Part shown: piece by piece, positions 1-11,488 of the stretch | Layout of the letters: each line of letters opens with the position of its first letter | Numbering within the stretch: the first letter of the stretch is position 1 | NCBI GenBank assembly: GCA_024704765.1 | Contig: JAKMXF010000022.1 | Location: 376,981-440,980 of the forward strand | DNA: 64,000 nucleotides | Reading direction: 5' to 3' | Origin: Oopsacas minuta | Lineage: Eukaryota; Animalia; Porifera | The notes under the pieces: generated by a model | What the model was told of the DNA's origin: nothing | Database searches by the model: none | The model's input: only the letters and a program-made list of their open reading frames with translations | Made by a program: the position numbers and the translations under genes

Positions 1-136
1 TTAAGAAGTTATTCTAGTTAGAGAAGACTAGCCTTTCCTCTAAACATGAATATTAGTGTGTTGTGATATGTATATCTCATATTATTTGTATTTACATCAG
101 TATTTTATTCATTATATCCAAACTATTCTTTCAATA

Positions 137-252
137 TACTAGTATACGAGCCTTTGGCTCGTCGCTTCGCGATGAACTCGGCTCATTGCGCCTCGGGTTA
201 TTCAACGGACAAACAAACAGATAAACAACAATTGATATTTAATAATATTGAT
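137..252. mobile_element. Short non-autonomous Helitron/Helentron-like (HINE-type) repeat copy
   Basis: Starts ACTAG, has a GC-rich hairpin segment (gagcctttggctc...cttcgcgatgaactcgg), an (ACAA)n seed and ends atttaataatattgat. Both ends recur at 41851-42482. Family assignment is by resemblance only. Confidence 0.45.
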
Positions 253-267
253 GTTGTTTACAATATT

Positions 268-600
268 CAGATTCAGCATACTCGATTACCCCAATATAGC
301 CGTTGAAAGTATAATTCTATTTCAATTTTGAAATGTTTTTTTTATATTCATAAAAACAACAATAAATTTACATATGAGAAACTTGAAAATCGAAATTCTG
401 ATTCAACGTACTTAGTTACCACTGAATTGCCGTTTGGAGCAAGGCTGTACGTATATTTTGAGATTTGGCTAATTGTTTACTTTATATTCATAAAAACAAC
501 AATAAATTTACATATGATTAATCCAAAAGTGCGATCATCGGAGTCACTAAAAATGTTCGACATATTTAGTGCAGTTTCATTGAATAAGCAACAATTGAGA
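268..600. repeat. Dispersed repeat with ~140-bp internal subrepeat (homologous to 42040-42350)
   Basis: The motif tttatattcataaaaacaacaataaatttacatatga occurs twice here and twice (one degenerate) at ~42100-42285, with alignable flanks. Confidence 0.8.
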
Positions 601-814
601 TTTAATAATATAGATTATTCATTAAATATTTGTATTTTCAATAACATACTTTGTCCATGGCTGACAAGTTTAGAGTTAAAAAATATATATAATAAACTAC
701 CTAATAAGAACATTATTCTAGTCCCGAGAATATTCTAAGGTTGATGTGTTAACGACCAAAGTTAGTATTTACCAATTTTAATATACAACATATGTACTCA
801 ATTAACAATATAAG

Positions 815-939
815 ATGGGAGAAAGAACTACATTGTGAGGGATGAGAGGCCTAATCATCTGTTACACTGTTTAATTACAGTATTCTGCCCATGGTGGGTG
901 TTTGTATGGCTACTGGTGTGTTGTTGTTATGGTTGTTAA
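815..939 (+). pseudogene. Cys-rich hydrophobic microprotein paralogue 1 (1-nt frameshift relative to its ATG, or 5' exon unresolved)
   Basis: One frame reads ...IVRDERPNHLLHCLITVFCPWWVFVWLLVCCCYGC*, alignable to 1211-1354. ATG 815 to TAA 939 is 125 nt, one short of a whole number of codons. Confidence 0.6.
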
Positions 940-1210
940 CTGTTTCTCACAAGTATAAAAGCTCTCTTTAGTTGTTAATTATTTTTATATGACATATATG
1001 TGATGTGGAAATAATTATTATATTAAACGATAATATTTAAGTATTACCTTTAACTTAATTTTAATAATCTCAGATTATACATATATTGATATATTGTCAT
1101 TCTAATAAATACAACAATCTGTGATTTATTAATGATAACTAACTCAATAATTAATATTCCCTTATTCTATGAGCCAACAGTAAATCCCAGCATACAGCTA
1201 TAATTGTCAG

Positions 1211-1354
1211 ATGGGAGAGACAATTAGTGCACAAGTTAAAACTGTCCTACTCAGAGATGGTAGACCAAATCACCTGGTACACTGCTTGATCACACTATTC
1301 TGCCCTATTTGGGTATTCGTGTGGCTCTGTCTTTGCTGTTGTTATGGTTGTTAA
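1211..1354 (+). CDS. 47-aa Cys-rich tail-anchored-like microprotein
   Basis: MGETISAQVKTVLLRDGRPNHLVHCLITLFCPIWVFVWLCLCCCYGC*. Conservation with the 815-939 copy is at protein level with many synonymous-type changes. Confidence 0.7.
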   Translation: MGETISAQVKTVLLRDGRPNHLVHCLITLFCPIWVFVWLCLCCCYGC

Positions 1355-1709
1355 TTAATACTGCAGTTACTTCACTATTTTAGTTACTAATTGGTTTGAT
1401 TTATATCATAGATATGGTGTCATTTTGTAATAATATTGGTTATATTTTTATATTATTTTGGATGTATAATTAAAATTGATATTTCTTTACTAATGATAAC
1501 TCCAGTAGAGTGTCACTACAGGAGACTTCTGATCTGTGGTTTCTTCTTAACGATAATACACTGTATATACTTATACAGGGATTGTCTACAATTCTACATA
1601 TATCAACCTTACCTGTTCATAACGGCCACTTGGTTCCAGTCCTTTTGGAGACCGTAACTTGTCATATAGATAAATTCTAACGTAATATACTCGTAATAAC
1701 ATTCATATC

Positions 1710-1885
1710 CTAGCGATTTCGTTCAACGGCTAGTTTTAAGGGTAATGGATTCTGAAATGGACCTCAAGAAGCAGGGCAGCTAAACGATCTCGACGCCCAT
1801 CGAGCGGCGCCTAGGGAACGTCCTCCGGTTTCCCTCAGCGACGCCCCTGTCAAGGACGACTGACCTGTCCAACCAAAACATCTAA
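1710..1885. other. GC-rich island with several predicted hairpins; unidentified (candidate ncRNA or element remnant)
   Basis: About 64% GC over 1781-1860 (hand count) in AT-rich DNA. Stems CTCGA/TCGAG, GGCG..AGGGAA/TTCCCT..CGCC and GTCA/TGAC. No convincing ORF. Confidence 0.3.
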
Positions 1886-2171
1886 GGTACTACAGCTGTA
1901 CAAACAGTGTATGTATATTAATGGACTCATAAAAATAAGTATTCTATAAGTAAACTAGTAAGAATACACCAAAGACAATAATATACTAGGAGACAGGAAG
2001 TCTAGTACCATTCATGTGTTTAGTAATAATAATAATAATAATGTTATATTTATACCATAATAAGATAATTACTAGCACTTATGATTAGAAATTAGAGTAA
2101 ATGTGCCTTCACAGATCAACTAAACTGCACCAGACATCAGTTTCCTATGTCTTTATATGCTTGCGTGTTAC

Positions 2172-5100
2172 CTATTCAAAAGCTATATACAAGGGAAAGA
2201 TAGGATATAAAATAATTCTAAAATATGAATACATTTATACTTACCCTGTAGAGCTTCAATCGCGAAGAACCTGACATCAGGATCTGTATCTGTTTTCATA
2301 ATTTCCAAACACGGCAGTACTTTACTCTTTATTAATCTAATACACAAAATATATAATTACTAGTAGCAATAGCTGGACATTCGTGAAATTTGAACTTACG
2401 ATTGTTCTAATTTCGGCTTCATTTTTATTAGTGTTTTGGATGTATTGAAACGTACATTAGCAACATTGTCAGTAGCCAAATCAACCACAATAGGAAGGAA
2501 TGTGTTATTTACACACTCAGGAGTACAAACCAGGCATAAGTGCTATAAGGAAAAATATTTAATCAAATTACATTTTAGAAAATGAATATATAATATCGCT
2601 AATAATTATGAATATCTTACGTTAAATGCGAATAATGTAGTCATTCTGTGTAGATAGTTAGTGTCTTTCACGAGGGCGATCACTTGAGGTAAAAGAGTTT
2701 CCTAGCACAATGAGATAAGAATCATAAGATTAATACTAGACAATAATATATTAGATTACTACCTCTCCCCATTTGGGACTGAATTTCTCGACTAGCTTTT
2801 TGAGATTCTCAATACCAGCTTCGCGAATGGAGTAAACTAGAAATATTTAACAAATCATAAAGAGACAATTAACTGATAATAAAACTCGCAATTATAAAAC
2901 TTACCATTATCAATAAGCCAACTCAAACAGAGAGCTGATAATTTCTCTCTAAATACTTCAATTCCCTAGAAATATTTCGTATTAACCTAATACGACCGGG
3001 AAAATGTGTGATTTTACGACGTCGAAAAGGTGCTAAAATCTCAAAAGTGATGTTCCTTTTCGTTATAAATGTAACACTTCGGCCGTAATTGGTTAATCTC
3101 TTCGTAAGATATGCATTTAGAAAACTAAATAGTATAGAACTTACCAATTGTTCAGCTAATAGTGGCATATACTCTATGATAGCCATTCTTACTCGCCATT
3201 TGGAGTCATTTGCAAGTTCAACAATAGCAGGTAAGAGAGATTGAGATAGTTGTGTTATCCCAATAACTGAAATAGTAAAATAAATAAATAATAATTAAAT
3301 AAAATGTATAGAAGTTATTTACCTTTATTGACGTGTTCTAGACTTGATATTATATTCAATCGAACTTCAGGGCACTAAGTCAAATAAAAATTTTAAAGTA
3401 AAGAATTGCTTTACTCTAAATTTATCTATAATTACCTCATCCTTCAAAAGTGCAAGATAAATTTCTAATAGATGTTCAATCGTCCTGTAATAGGATAGAT
3501 TATAAATAGTATAAACAAATTAATTAAAAATAGAAGAATATATATATAACTCACTGATCTTTTCCTACAAGAGGAGATAGTCCCATTATAACTGATGCCA
3601 GAGCTGTTTTAACGTGTTGATTCGCATCTTTAGCCAACGACTAATAAAAATTATTAAATGCGTATTTTGTTAAACATTGTAAACATCTAATGTTAGGAAT
3701 TTACATAAAGCAACATGTCAACAGCAAAGTTAATCATAGTTGGTCCTTGCAAATCTGGAAAGACCTACTTTGCCAATTTTCTTGCTTCCTCGACAACTGC
3801 CTCTTCAGGCGAGTACTATCCCACGAAAGGAGTTCGTATTCTAGAATTTTCTTCTGCTACAAATCTCCCACAGACTGGAAAGCCTGTGGACTGTGAGATA
3901 GAGCTTTGGGACTGCAGTGGAGACAGAACATACGAAGCCTGCTGGCCTGCGATAACGAACGGAGCTCAAGGTGTGCTGCTCTTATACAACCAAGATCAGT
4001 TCGAAGCATATGAAGTGGAATCTTTCTACAAAGATTTTGTGGGAAAGATTGGCTTGAAAGAATATCAGTGTCTCCTTATAGCGAACAAGAAGTCTAGCGT
4101 ACAAGGAAGAACTATACCCTCTCCTATCCCCAATGTTAAGCAGATCCATACTGATTTAGGACAGGATCCTGATTATGTGAGAACAGAGTTTAACGAGTTT
4201 CTAGGTAGGATATTCTCTGGAATTAAGAATGTACAGGACCAGGAAGAACTAGGGATTGTAGGAAATACTCAGTGAGGAACGTGGATAAAACTTTACATAA
4301 AACCAGTGTCTATTATAAGAGCAACAAAATCACTTATTTGTTAAGCTAATTCCATACAAATTGATATACTTGCTATGCTGCCCTGATACTAGCTCTTTTC
4401 TTGCTATCTCTACATATTACTAGCTATATATGTATAAGGTTGTAAAGGATTTCCTTTTACCTTTGAATTATTATTCGATTAAATAAACGCTTTTATAGTA
4501 TTTCTTAGTCATTTAATACTGTAAATCTTTGTCCTAATTCCGCATTCTAAATTGCTAGAGAATACAAAGTTAGACAGCTGGTAGTACCTGAAGCTATACA
4601 CACAAATGACTCCAGAAGCCCAAAGGTTTTCTCATTTTTTGAAGAATGGCTAGTTAACTACCTGAAATTCACATATACGGATTCAGATAACGTATATTGT
4701 ATATTTAAAGAGCCAACTTGGAACTGAGGTCATTATTTATCAATGAAATTCAATTCATTCATTGCCAAAAAATGTAAACTCAGATTTTGTATAAAAATTT
4801 TTGTGAGTTTGGTTTTTATTATATTTTTGTTTCTGATATACAAATCAAGATATTCAGGTGAAGACTTAGGAGAAAAACCAATATTTAGACGCACTTTAAA
4901 GAGAGTGCTAAAAAGAGAAGGCATTAGCTATCATATGTTTGGAAATGAAAGTGATATTGAGGTAGTTAGGCAATTGTGGGGTAAACTTAATGATTCACAA
5001 ATTCAATACTATATTCCTGAGTCAAGAAACATAATGGATAAAGCCAATGTAAAATCAAATAATCGAAAGATTTATTATGAGGGAAGAAACATAACAAATA

Positions 5101-8100
5101 TTCTTCATAATTACAAAATAATATACAAGAATAATAATCAAAAGGCCAAATGGCATGTCCTTATGTATACGAATATAGTGGTGAATAATACCGCGATTCT
5201 TGATGAGCTGAACAGATACAAATGGTATCACCCAATACTTATAACCTTCAGCATAGAATCAATGAAAGATAAATTTCAATTCGATTCTTCTAAAATCGTT
5301 GTTAGCATTGTGAGCTCTACAATGCTTGAAAAGTTACAGAAAATGAAAAACTTTGATTTTGTCAAGGAACTAGGAAATCAATGGATTAGATACCAAATTC
5401 CGGTCAGTTGAATTTTAAAATATTCAGTTTATAATTTACGATTTTACTAACAAGATTTATTTAATCAGGCTAAACTCTCAAATAACCTTTGTCCTCATAA
5501 CAACAAACAAGAATGTCATATACAATCTCAATTACAGACAAGCATGGTATGTCTATTACCGGGATTACAACTACTCTCTTATGCTATCTCTCTGCTACTT
5601 ATCAACGAGAAGAGACACAGGCATCAGCAGCTAGCAGAAGAAGCAAGAGAGTACAGTAGAGATTTAAACTTAATACCGCACAAGTTCGTCTGCATAGTAA
5701 GCGTTAGTATAGCAACCAAACTAACATTTAGTTATTTAATAATTGCTAAAATATAGATTGTACTAATTATTTTAACTCTCTAGATATATGCATGAAGCGA
5801 GAGAGCTGTATGACCGTGAAGAGGAGTGGGGATGGAGCGCTATGAGTAGATGGGAGTTGTTAGATCTCCCAATCGTGTGCAGAGAGTTACAAAACAGCTG
5901 TTTTATAAGTTATCTACTAAAGAATAGTATGCCTGTACCACTGAGAGTAGGAAACAACACAGGAGAGCTGGAATGGAAGATATTACGTGCTTACAGTAAG
6001 TTCAGTTTACATAGCTGGGAGGAATACCTGTTACTAATGGAGAATAGAGGGAGCAGATATTTATACAGGATAGTTAATACAATAGAATATCAATCAGAAA
6101 TGGTTATGATAACTGAGAAGAAGAGTGGAGGACTCATATTGGTACAAGAGGGAGAGAATAATCCAATGGACAAGTTAGATCAATATCACAATTTGTTAAA
6201 ACAACAGGAGAAATATCTAACTTCAACACGATACCCGATGCTATTCTCAATTCATCTCGTATTGAGTACCAACAGTCTGTATACGGAGTTATTAAATATC
6301 AAACTGAATACGCTAATACAAGATTTTCCGGAACTAGATATACAATTCTGGGACAAGAATAGAGATCCTGATTTCTTATTAGATATCGTTTCAGTACTTA
6401 ATTCGAATAACGTGGTGTTATCTAATAACCTTAACAAGATGCCAGACTATAATATTATCGAGAAGTGTTATTCTCATACACAAGTAGGTGTACAGATATT
6501 CCCAATCCCTGGTTCTAACGAGTGTATATGTGTTTCTATAGAAGATTATGTACGAGCTATAAAAGGACACACAGACAATTTAAAGTCACTCTCTGACATA
6601 AATACACTATTCAAAAATTTAAAGACTGTCACATTCCTTCAATAATAAATACAAATAATAATATATACATATATATCCAATTATTATATTTTATTCTTGT
6701 TTTTGGAAATGAAAATATATTTAGTAATAAATAAATATATTACCTGAATGCAAGGGTAAAATTGTTGAAGAATTATTTCTGCTCGTCCTTCTTCAGGAAG
6801 ATTTTCACAGAAAACTAACATATTTAAAATATAAAATGATAGGAAATAGTATACAGAGTTAAATGTAAATAGAGCGAATTTCTAGCCCCATACAAATGGG
6901 GAACGGGGTAACATTTTTCGGCCCTGACACCCCTTTCGTGGAGATTACACTGTATGCATATAAAATAACACCTTTGATTTTGCTGGCAGCTGCAGCTCTC
7001 ACTTCAGCCTCTGCGTCTTTGAGCAGATTAGAAAATGCAGGAACAAGATCCTTCTTTGTCAGAACAGGACCTATCGATGTTTGTAGCTAGAAACGATAAA
7101 ATATTAAAGGAATTTGCGGATAATAAGGTTAACTAGAGTATAACTGTTACCTCTTCAAACTTGTCTGTTACCATGTATCTAACCCTCCAAGATTTGTCCT
7201 ACAATAGAATAAATAGAAATTTATTTCTCCTCTACCGAAATCTAATTAGTACCTTACTTTGCATTTTGAGGTAAGAACTGGCATTAAAAGTTGTTCTGCT
7301 TCTGACTTATCTAGAATGTATGCTATTGATACACAAGCTGATATAACGAGTAATCGTACTGAATCCTGAGTGAGAGAAAGAAAATATATACGCAAATGAA
7401 TCTCATAATATATTACTAACTAGATTATACCTGATCGTCTTCTGCTAGTGCAGAGAAGAGAGGAATGAGATCTCCCTTTACATGCTCTTTATCCATCACT
7501 TTAGCTATTTCCTATACGATTTCCGAAATAGAAGTTAATCCGATTTGTATAATCAGTATTGTAACTAACCCCTATTTTTCCTGCTGCTGCTCTTCGTACC
7601 ATGGGTGTGTCATCTTGACATAAGTTCTTTAAATGCCTAATTAGAAGATAAGCTATAAATTGTACTGATACATGTAGATAACTAATCTTACATTCTCAAC
7701 TCTTCCTGTGTCTGTTGAGACACCTTCTGATAGACAACTGAGTATAGACCACAGGCTGATGTACGTGAAGTAAACCACTCAGCTTTATGAGAAATTTGTA
7801 ATTATCAAATTATAGTAATTTGGATAAAAATAACTTTACAACCTGTAGTTAATCTTTTTATTAAAGGTATGTAGTGATCTTGTAAATCTTTTGTAGCATG
7901 TGAGCTCACAAGATTTCGAAGTGATTCTACAGCCTAAGTTTATATCCATAAAATAATAATAAAATAATAAAATAACAATTTACTCCTATGTAGAGAGAAT
8001 TTTTACATTAAAACCCTATCCCCTCAGAAAACAAAGCGAGCTTTCACTAATCTGAAAAAAACTTGAACTTTCAACCACTCAAAAGTGAATAGAAAAATCT

Positions 8101-9639
8101 TGCCGAAATATATGTAAATTGATAAAAAAAAATACTTTATTTATATGTAGACGAGATTTTTTATTATCACTTTTCACTGTTGGGAATGTCACTTTTTTTA
8201 TTCTGATGGATAGGGTATTCAATAACTTCCGCAGACATAAGTAAACCCTAAAAGAAAATACTATACTAATGCGGCGAATTCATAGTAGTGTTGTATAATA
8301 TTTTGAGGCATGTATTATATTACCATGGATATTCAACATCTATAATATTTTGGGGGGAATGCTGCAAATTAAATATTATACAAAAGTACTATCAGGCGGT
8401 ATCCATGATCATTCTTGAAGATAATCTGTATATGTGAGATAAGGTTAAAGTAATACAAGCTAATGATGATATATTATACCATGATCGTTGTAGTATAACG
8501 GATTTCAATACTCATAAAATATAAAATGTAGTGAAGATATTGGATTGTTTATTAAATCCATACAAACATCTCACCTTATCTCTTACAAATGTTTCCTCCA
8601 CCATCGCCAGATTCTCCAATGGGGCCTAGCACAAATAAATAAGAATGAATTTATACACAGTGTATATTAACCATGGATTAACTTTTATTGCTATTTTAAA
8701 AACTCACCAGGAGACAATGTGCATACTCTTGTCCTCCAACAAGATGTATGAAGCCCTTATCACCTAACTATAAACAAAATAAGAGTAAATATATCCAAAT
8801 ATATGTAGAAGAGATAGCATACGAACTTGTTCAGCTAGTGCATGCAGTACTTCATCCTCATCATCAATTGTATCTGAAAATACATGTGAGATTACTGTAT
8901 GTAAACTGTACAGTGAATAGAATAGTTGAGAAAGATAGTAACCAACCTGTGAGGAAAGGTATAAGTTCCTTTCTAGTACGTTCACATCCAAGTGCAAGTG
9001 CTATGGTACTTAGTTTACGAATTGAATTCAATCTGAGCTATAAGATACATTATGAAGGGATTTATAATCACATTGACTATCAGAGACCCTAGATAATCTG
9101 AACAGCGGGAATTCAAATCTATTTTTATTTGATATCCATACTACTTCACTACAGACTCTTTTCTAACAGTATGATTAGGTTAAATAACTTAGCTACATAG
9201 CTGTGGTGATATAAGTATTAATACAAAATATTCCTATTATAAATCCACACATACTAATTACTTCACGTACAAATAACCGATAATATTTATTATTTATAAT
9301 CACGTATCTGAACAACTCTTGAATATCGGAACTAAGAGACTGAGTTGCTCAGATAACGAGGGTGTGGTGTATACTAGAATTACTCCATCAGTGAGAAGTG
9401 TCTCTACATGATGCTGAGCACCGTTCAGTAGTCTAACATGTAAACACATCATTTGAAGCATACAATTACAAGTGACAGATCGATAATATAGTATGAAATG
9501 ATAATAAATTGTGGGTGACTTTTATTGAAATTGAATAGTGTCAGTTAGTTACCTGGACATCTTCATTTCTCAGCTCATCAATAAGCACAGCAATTGGGTA
9601 TAGGGAGTCCTCATCCACGCCATCTTGAGTTGAAGCCAT
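2172..9639 (-). CDS. PPP2R1A: Protein phosphatase 2A scaffold (A/PR65) subunit, 23 coding exons
   Basis: Exons traced by hand: [29 protein letters not shown] (9639-9553), [98 protein letters not shown], then AFE* at 2172. Introns are GT-AG. Confidence 0.97.
2982..3096. mobile_element. piggyBac-like MITE in PP2A-A intron
   Basis: TTAA at both ends (2982-2985, 3093-3096). Imperfect TIRs cctaatacgaccg / cggccgtaattgg match 10 of 13. Excision would shrink the intron from 179 to ~68 nt, like its neighbours. Confidence 0.55.
3715..4275 (+). CDS. IFT22: Intraflagellar transport protein 22 (RABL5), intronless, nested antisense in PP2A-A intron 13
   Basis: GPCKSGKT P-loop, [21 protein letters not shown] and EACWPA match IFT22/RABL5. 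Confidence 0.92.
   Translation: MSTAKLIIVGPCKSGKTYFANFLASSTTASSGEYYPTKGVRILEFSSATNLPQTGKPVDCEIELWDCSGDRTYEACWPAITNGAQGVLLLYNQDQFEAYEVESFYKDFVGKIGLKEYQCLLIANKKSSVQGRTIPSPIPNVKQIHTDLGQDPDYVRTEFNEFLGRIFSGIKNVQDQEELGIVGNTQ
4743..6645 (+). CDS. Uncharacterised type II membrane protein, 3-exon model (~555 aa), nested antisense in PP2A-A intron 13
   Basis: ORFs 4743-5411, 5544-5756 and 5788-6645 join in frame via introns 5403-5537 (GTCAGT...TACAG, phase 0) and 5684-5783 (GTTCGT...CTCTAG, phase 2). N-terminal basic tail followed by a single TM ([17 protein letters not shown]). Confidence 0.6.
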
Positions 9640-10168
9640 TATATCAAATTAAAAGATCGGAATATGTAATATAATAAATAATAACTATTCCTAATGAATG
9701 GTACTACTAGCTAGAAAGATAACAATTCAATAGAAAATGTGTAGTTTGTCAAAATATGGAGAGGTAAGAACTTTTGTAAAGGGTATTCCCCATTTAACTC
9801 ATAAAGCCTAATAACCAACATGTTCTATCCTGCAGTTTCTCACACAAATAGCAAATGGGCTTATGGATAAGATCAGATTTAGTTCAATGTATGCTGTAGT
9901 AAGATTGAAATTTGATAAGTCAGCAAAAGCCAACGAGATTTTAACTCTAAGTCACTAAACAGTTTAGAGGCAAACTGTGGGCTAGTAAAACACATTTCTA
10001 TGTTTTAAAGGTAAATAATATTTGAGTAAAAAAGTTTGGGTTGAAAAAACAAATAATTAATAGAGCAAATAACATTCAAGTAGTCCTAAGTAAAATAAAG
10101 TGATAAATGAACACACTAATAGGATGTGCGTATGTGCATGTGTGGGTATTGACAACACAAGCGAAACA

Positions 10169-10357
10169 TCAAATAATAGAACAGCAAGAAGTCCCCTGTT
10201 TGAGGAAAGGGTTTTGACTTTTGGGGAGTCCGTCTCTGAGAGGGTCTGGCTCTGTGGTACAGAATCTCACTATCTCGACTGAGCTCTCTGACATTTTTAT
10301 TCGAGGATTATCCAGCTCTTTCTTGTACTGTTCGATCTGTATTTTAATTCTTTCCAT
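10169..10357 (-). CDS. GNG: Heterotrimeric G-protein gamma subunit
   Basis: 62 aa with RIKMSESSVEIVRFC, DPL, NPF and a C-terminal CaaX (CSII): the GGL-domain pattern. Confidence 0.93.
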   Translation of the reverse strand: MERIKIQIEQYKKELDNPRIKMSESSVEIVRFCTTEPDPLRDGLPKSQNPFLKQGTSCCSII

Positions 10358-10588
10358 TGTAGTGAGGATGGTTGTTGTAAAGTGCTAATTCGGTGCTTCA
10401 TATATAGAATGAATAAAAGGAATATTCGAGGAAATTTGATAAAATAAAATTTAGAACAAAGTCTATTTGGCTATGTTAGACAGAGCAAATTCGATTTGGC
10501 TCTCAAACGTAAACTTATTCGGTTTAAAATATACCTTTATGAGTAATCTATCATTTTGATAAAGTGAAAAAACCATATATTTGAATAA

Positions 10589-11350
10589 CTAATAGAAGTT
10601 TCCTTCTATATCAGGATGCTTATATGTAGGAATAGGCATGAATTCTGGCAGCCAGAATATCCTAGTGATGTCTCCAGTTATTTTCTGTTTGCTCATTTCT
10701 TCAAATTCTTCTAAATTAGGCATGAGAGGGGGTAGAGGGTTACCCTTATATTCTATAAAAGCAGATTTTTGGTTTGTATTAACTCTATTGGGACCTGGGA
10801 ATATAGATACATAGTCTCCCCGAATACCAGAATATCTCTCTGCTATGTCATACAGTTGTGGGACTAGGTAGAGTTGCTATAGTATTAAAATGTAATGTTT
10901 ATAATTATGTATATAACTTGAAATGATAAAAACTTACATTGCGAAGTAGAATCATTATCTCCTTTCGACTGGCTGGATCATCAATCTTTGCATAATCTAT
11001 CAACTACGAAAAGGTATATATGTATTAACAATTATCCGGTGGATAAATTAATGACGTAGAAGGTCGTATTCTCACCAGATTCGCTTCCTTTTTAAGAATT
11101 TTAGCTCTATGGGGAGTGATAAGCAGACGTTCATATTTAACTAACTGCTGAATTAGAATTCTAAGCTTTCTAATATGCTCTGAATACATCGCATGTAACT
11201 GAAAGGCTTTCCACTTTCCTGGCATCTCACAATTGTTTCTATGCTATTTACACACAAATATATACAATCTTAATATGGAGTACTAATGAATAGAAGAAGT
11301 ATACACATAAGATAATAGTTACGAATAAACGTGATGTTACTTACAAACAT
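10589..11350 (-). CDS. MRPL17: Mitochondrial ribosomal protein L17 (bL17m), spliced
   Basis: Exons encode LRILIQQLVKYERL, LIDYAK and AFIEYKGNPLPPL; stop at 10589. Start is uncertain: a 6-nt ATGTTT exon at 11350-11345 giving MFHRNN, or ATG 11225. Confidence 0.8.
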
Positions 11351-11488
11351 ATGTTCATTACAGTTCAAAGATAAGAAGAAAACAATATACGTATACAAAC
11401 ATTAGCATTCACACCAAAATCCTGTAAAATCCTCCAATGTATAAATAAGAAGTAAAAACTGTAAAAAAAATTAAAAGAGCCTCAACCG

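Noticed and set aside
328-738. 136-aa ORF
   Set aside because: Lies in a dispersed repeat with internal duplication (the FIHKNNNKFT / FIKTTINL frames); no coding signature.
1436-1680. Plus-strand 73-aa ORF and a minus-strand GTAAG donor near 1610 suggesting a small spliced gene
   Set aside because: No start or homology could be fixed; several frames are equally plausible.
1715-1790. Assignment of the GC island to RNase P RNA or 7SK
   Set aside because: Only short matches (GTTCAACGGCT; AGGTCCATTT); the other conserved regions are missing.
2923-3186. 87-aa ORF as a standalone gene
   Set aside because: It is PP2A-A exon 17 reading into its intron.
8008-8222. Imperfect inverted repeat (accctatcc / ggatagggt) in PP2A-A intron 5
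   Set aside because: Short, with no TSD; cannot be distinguished from chance or a very old MITE.
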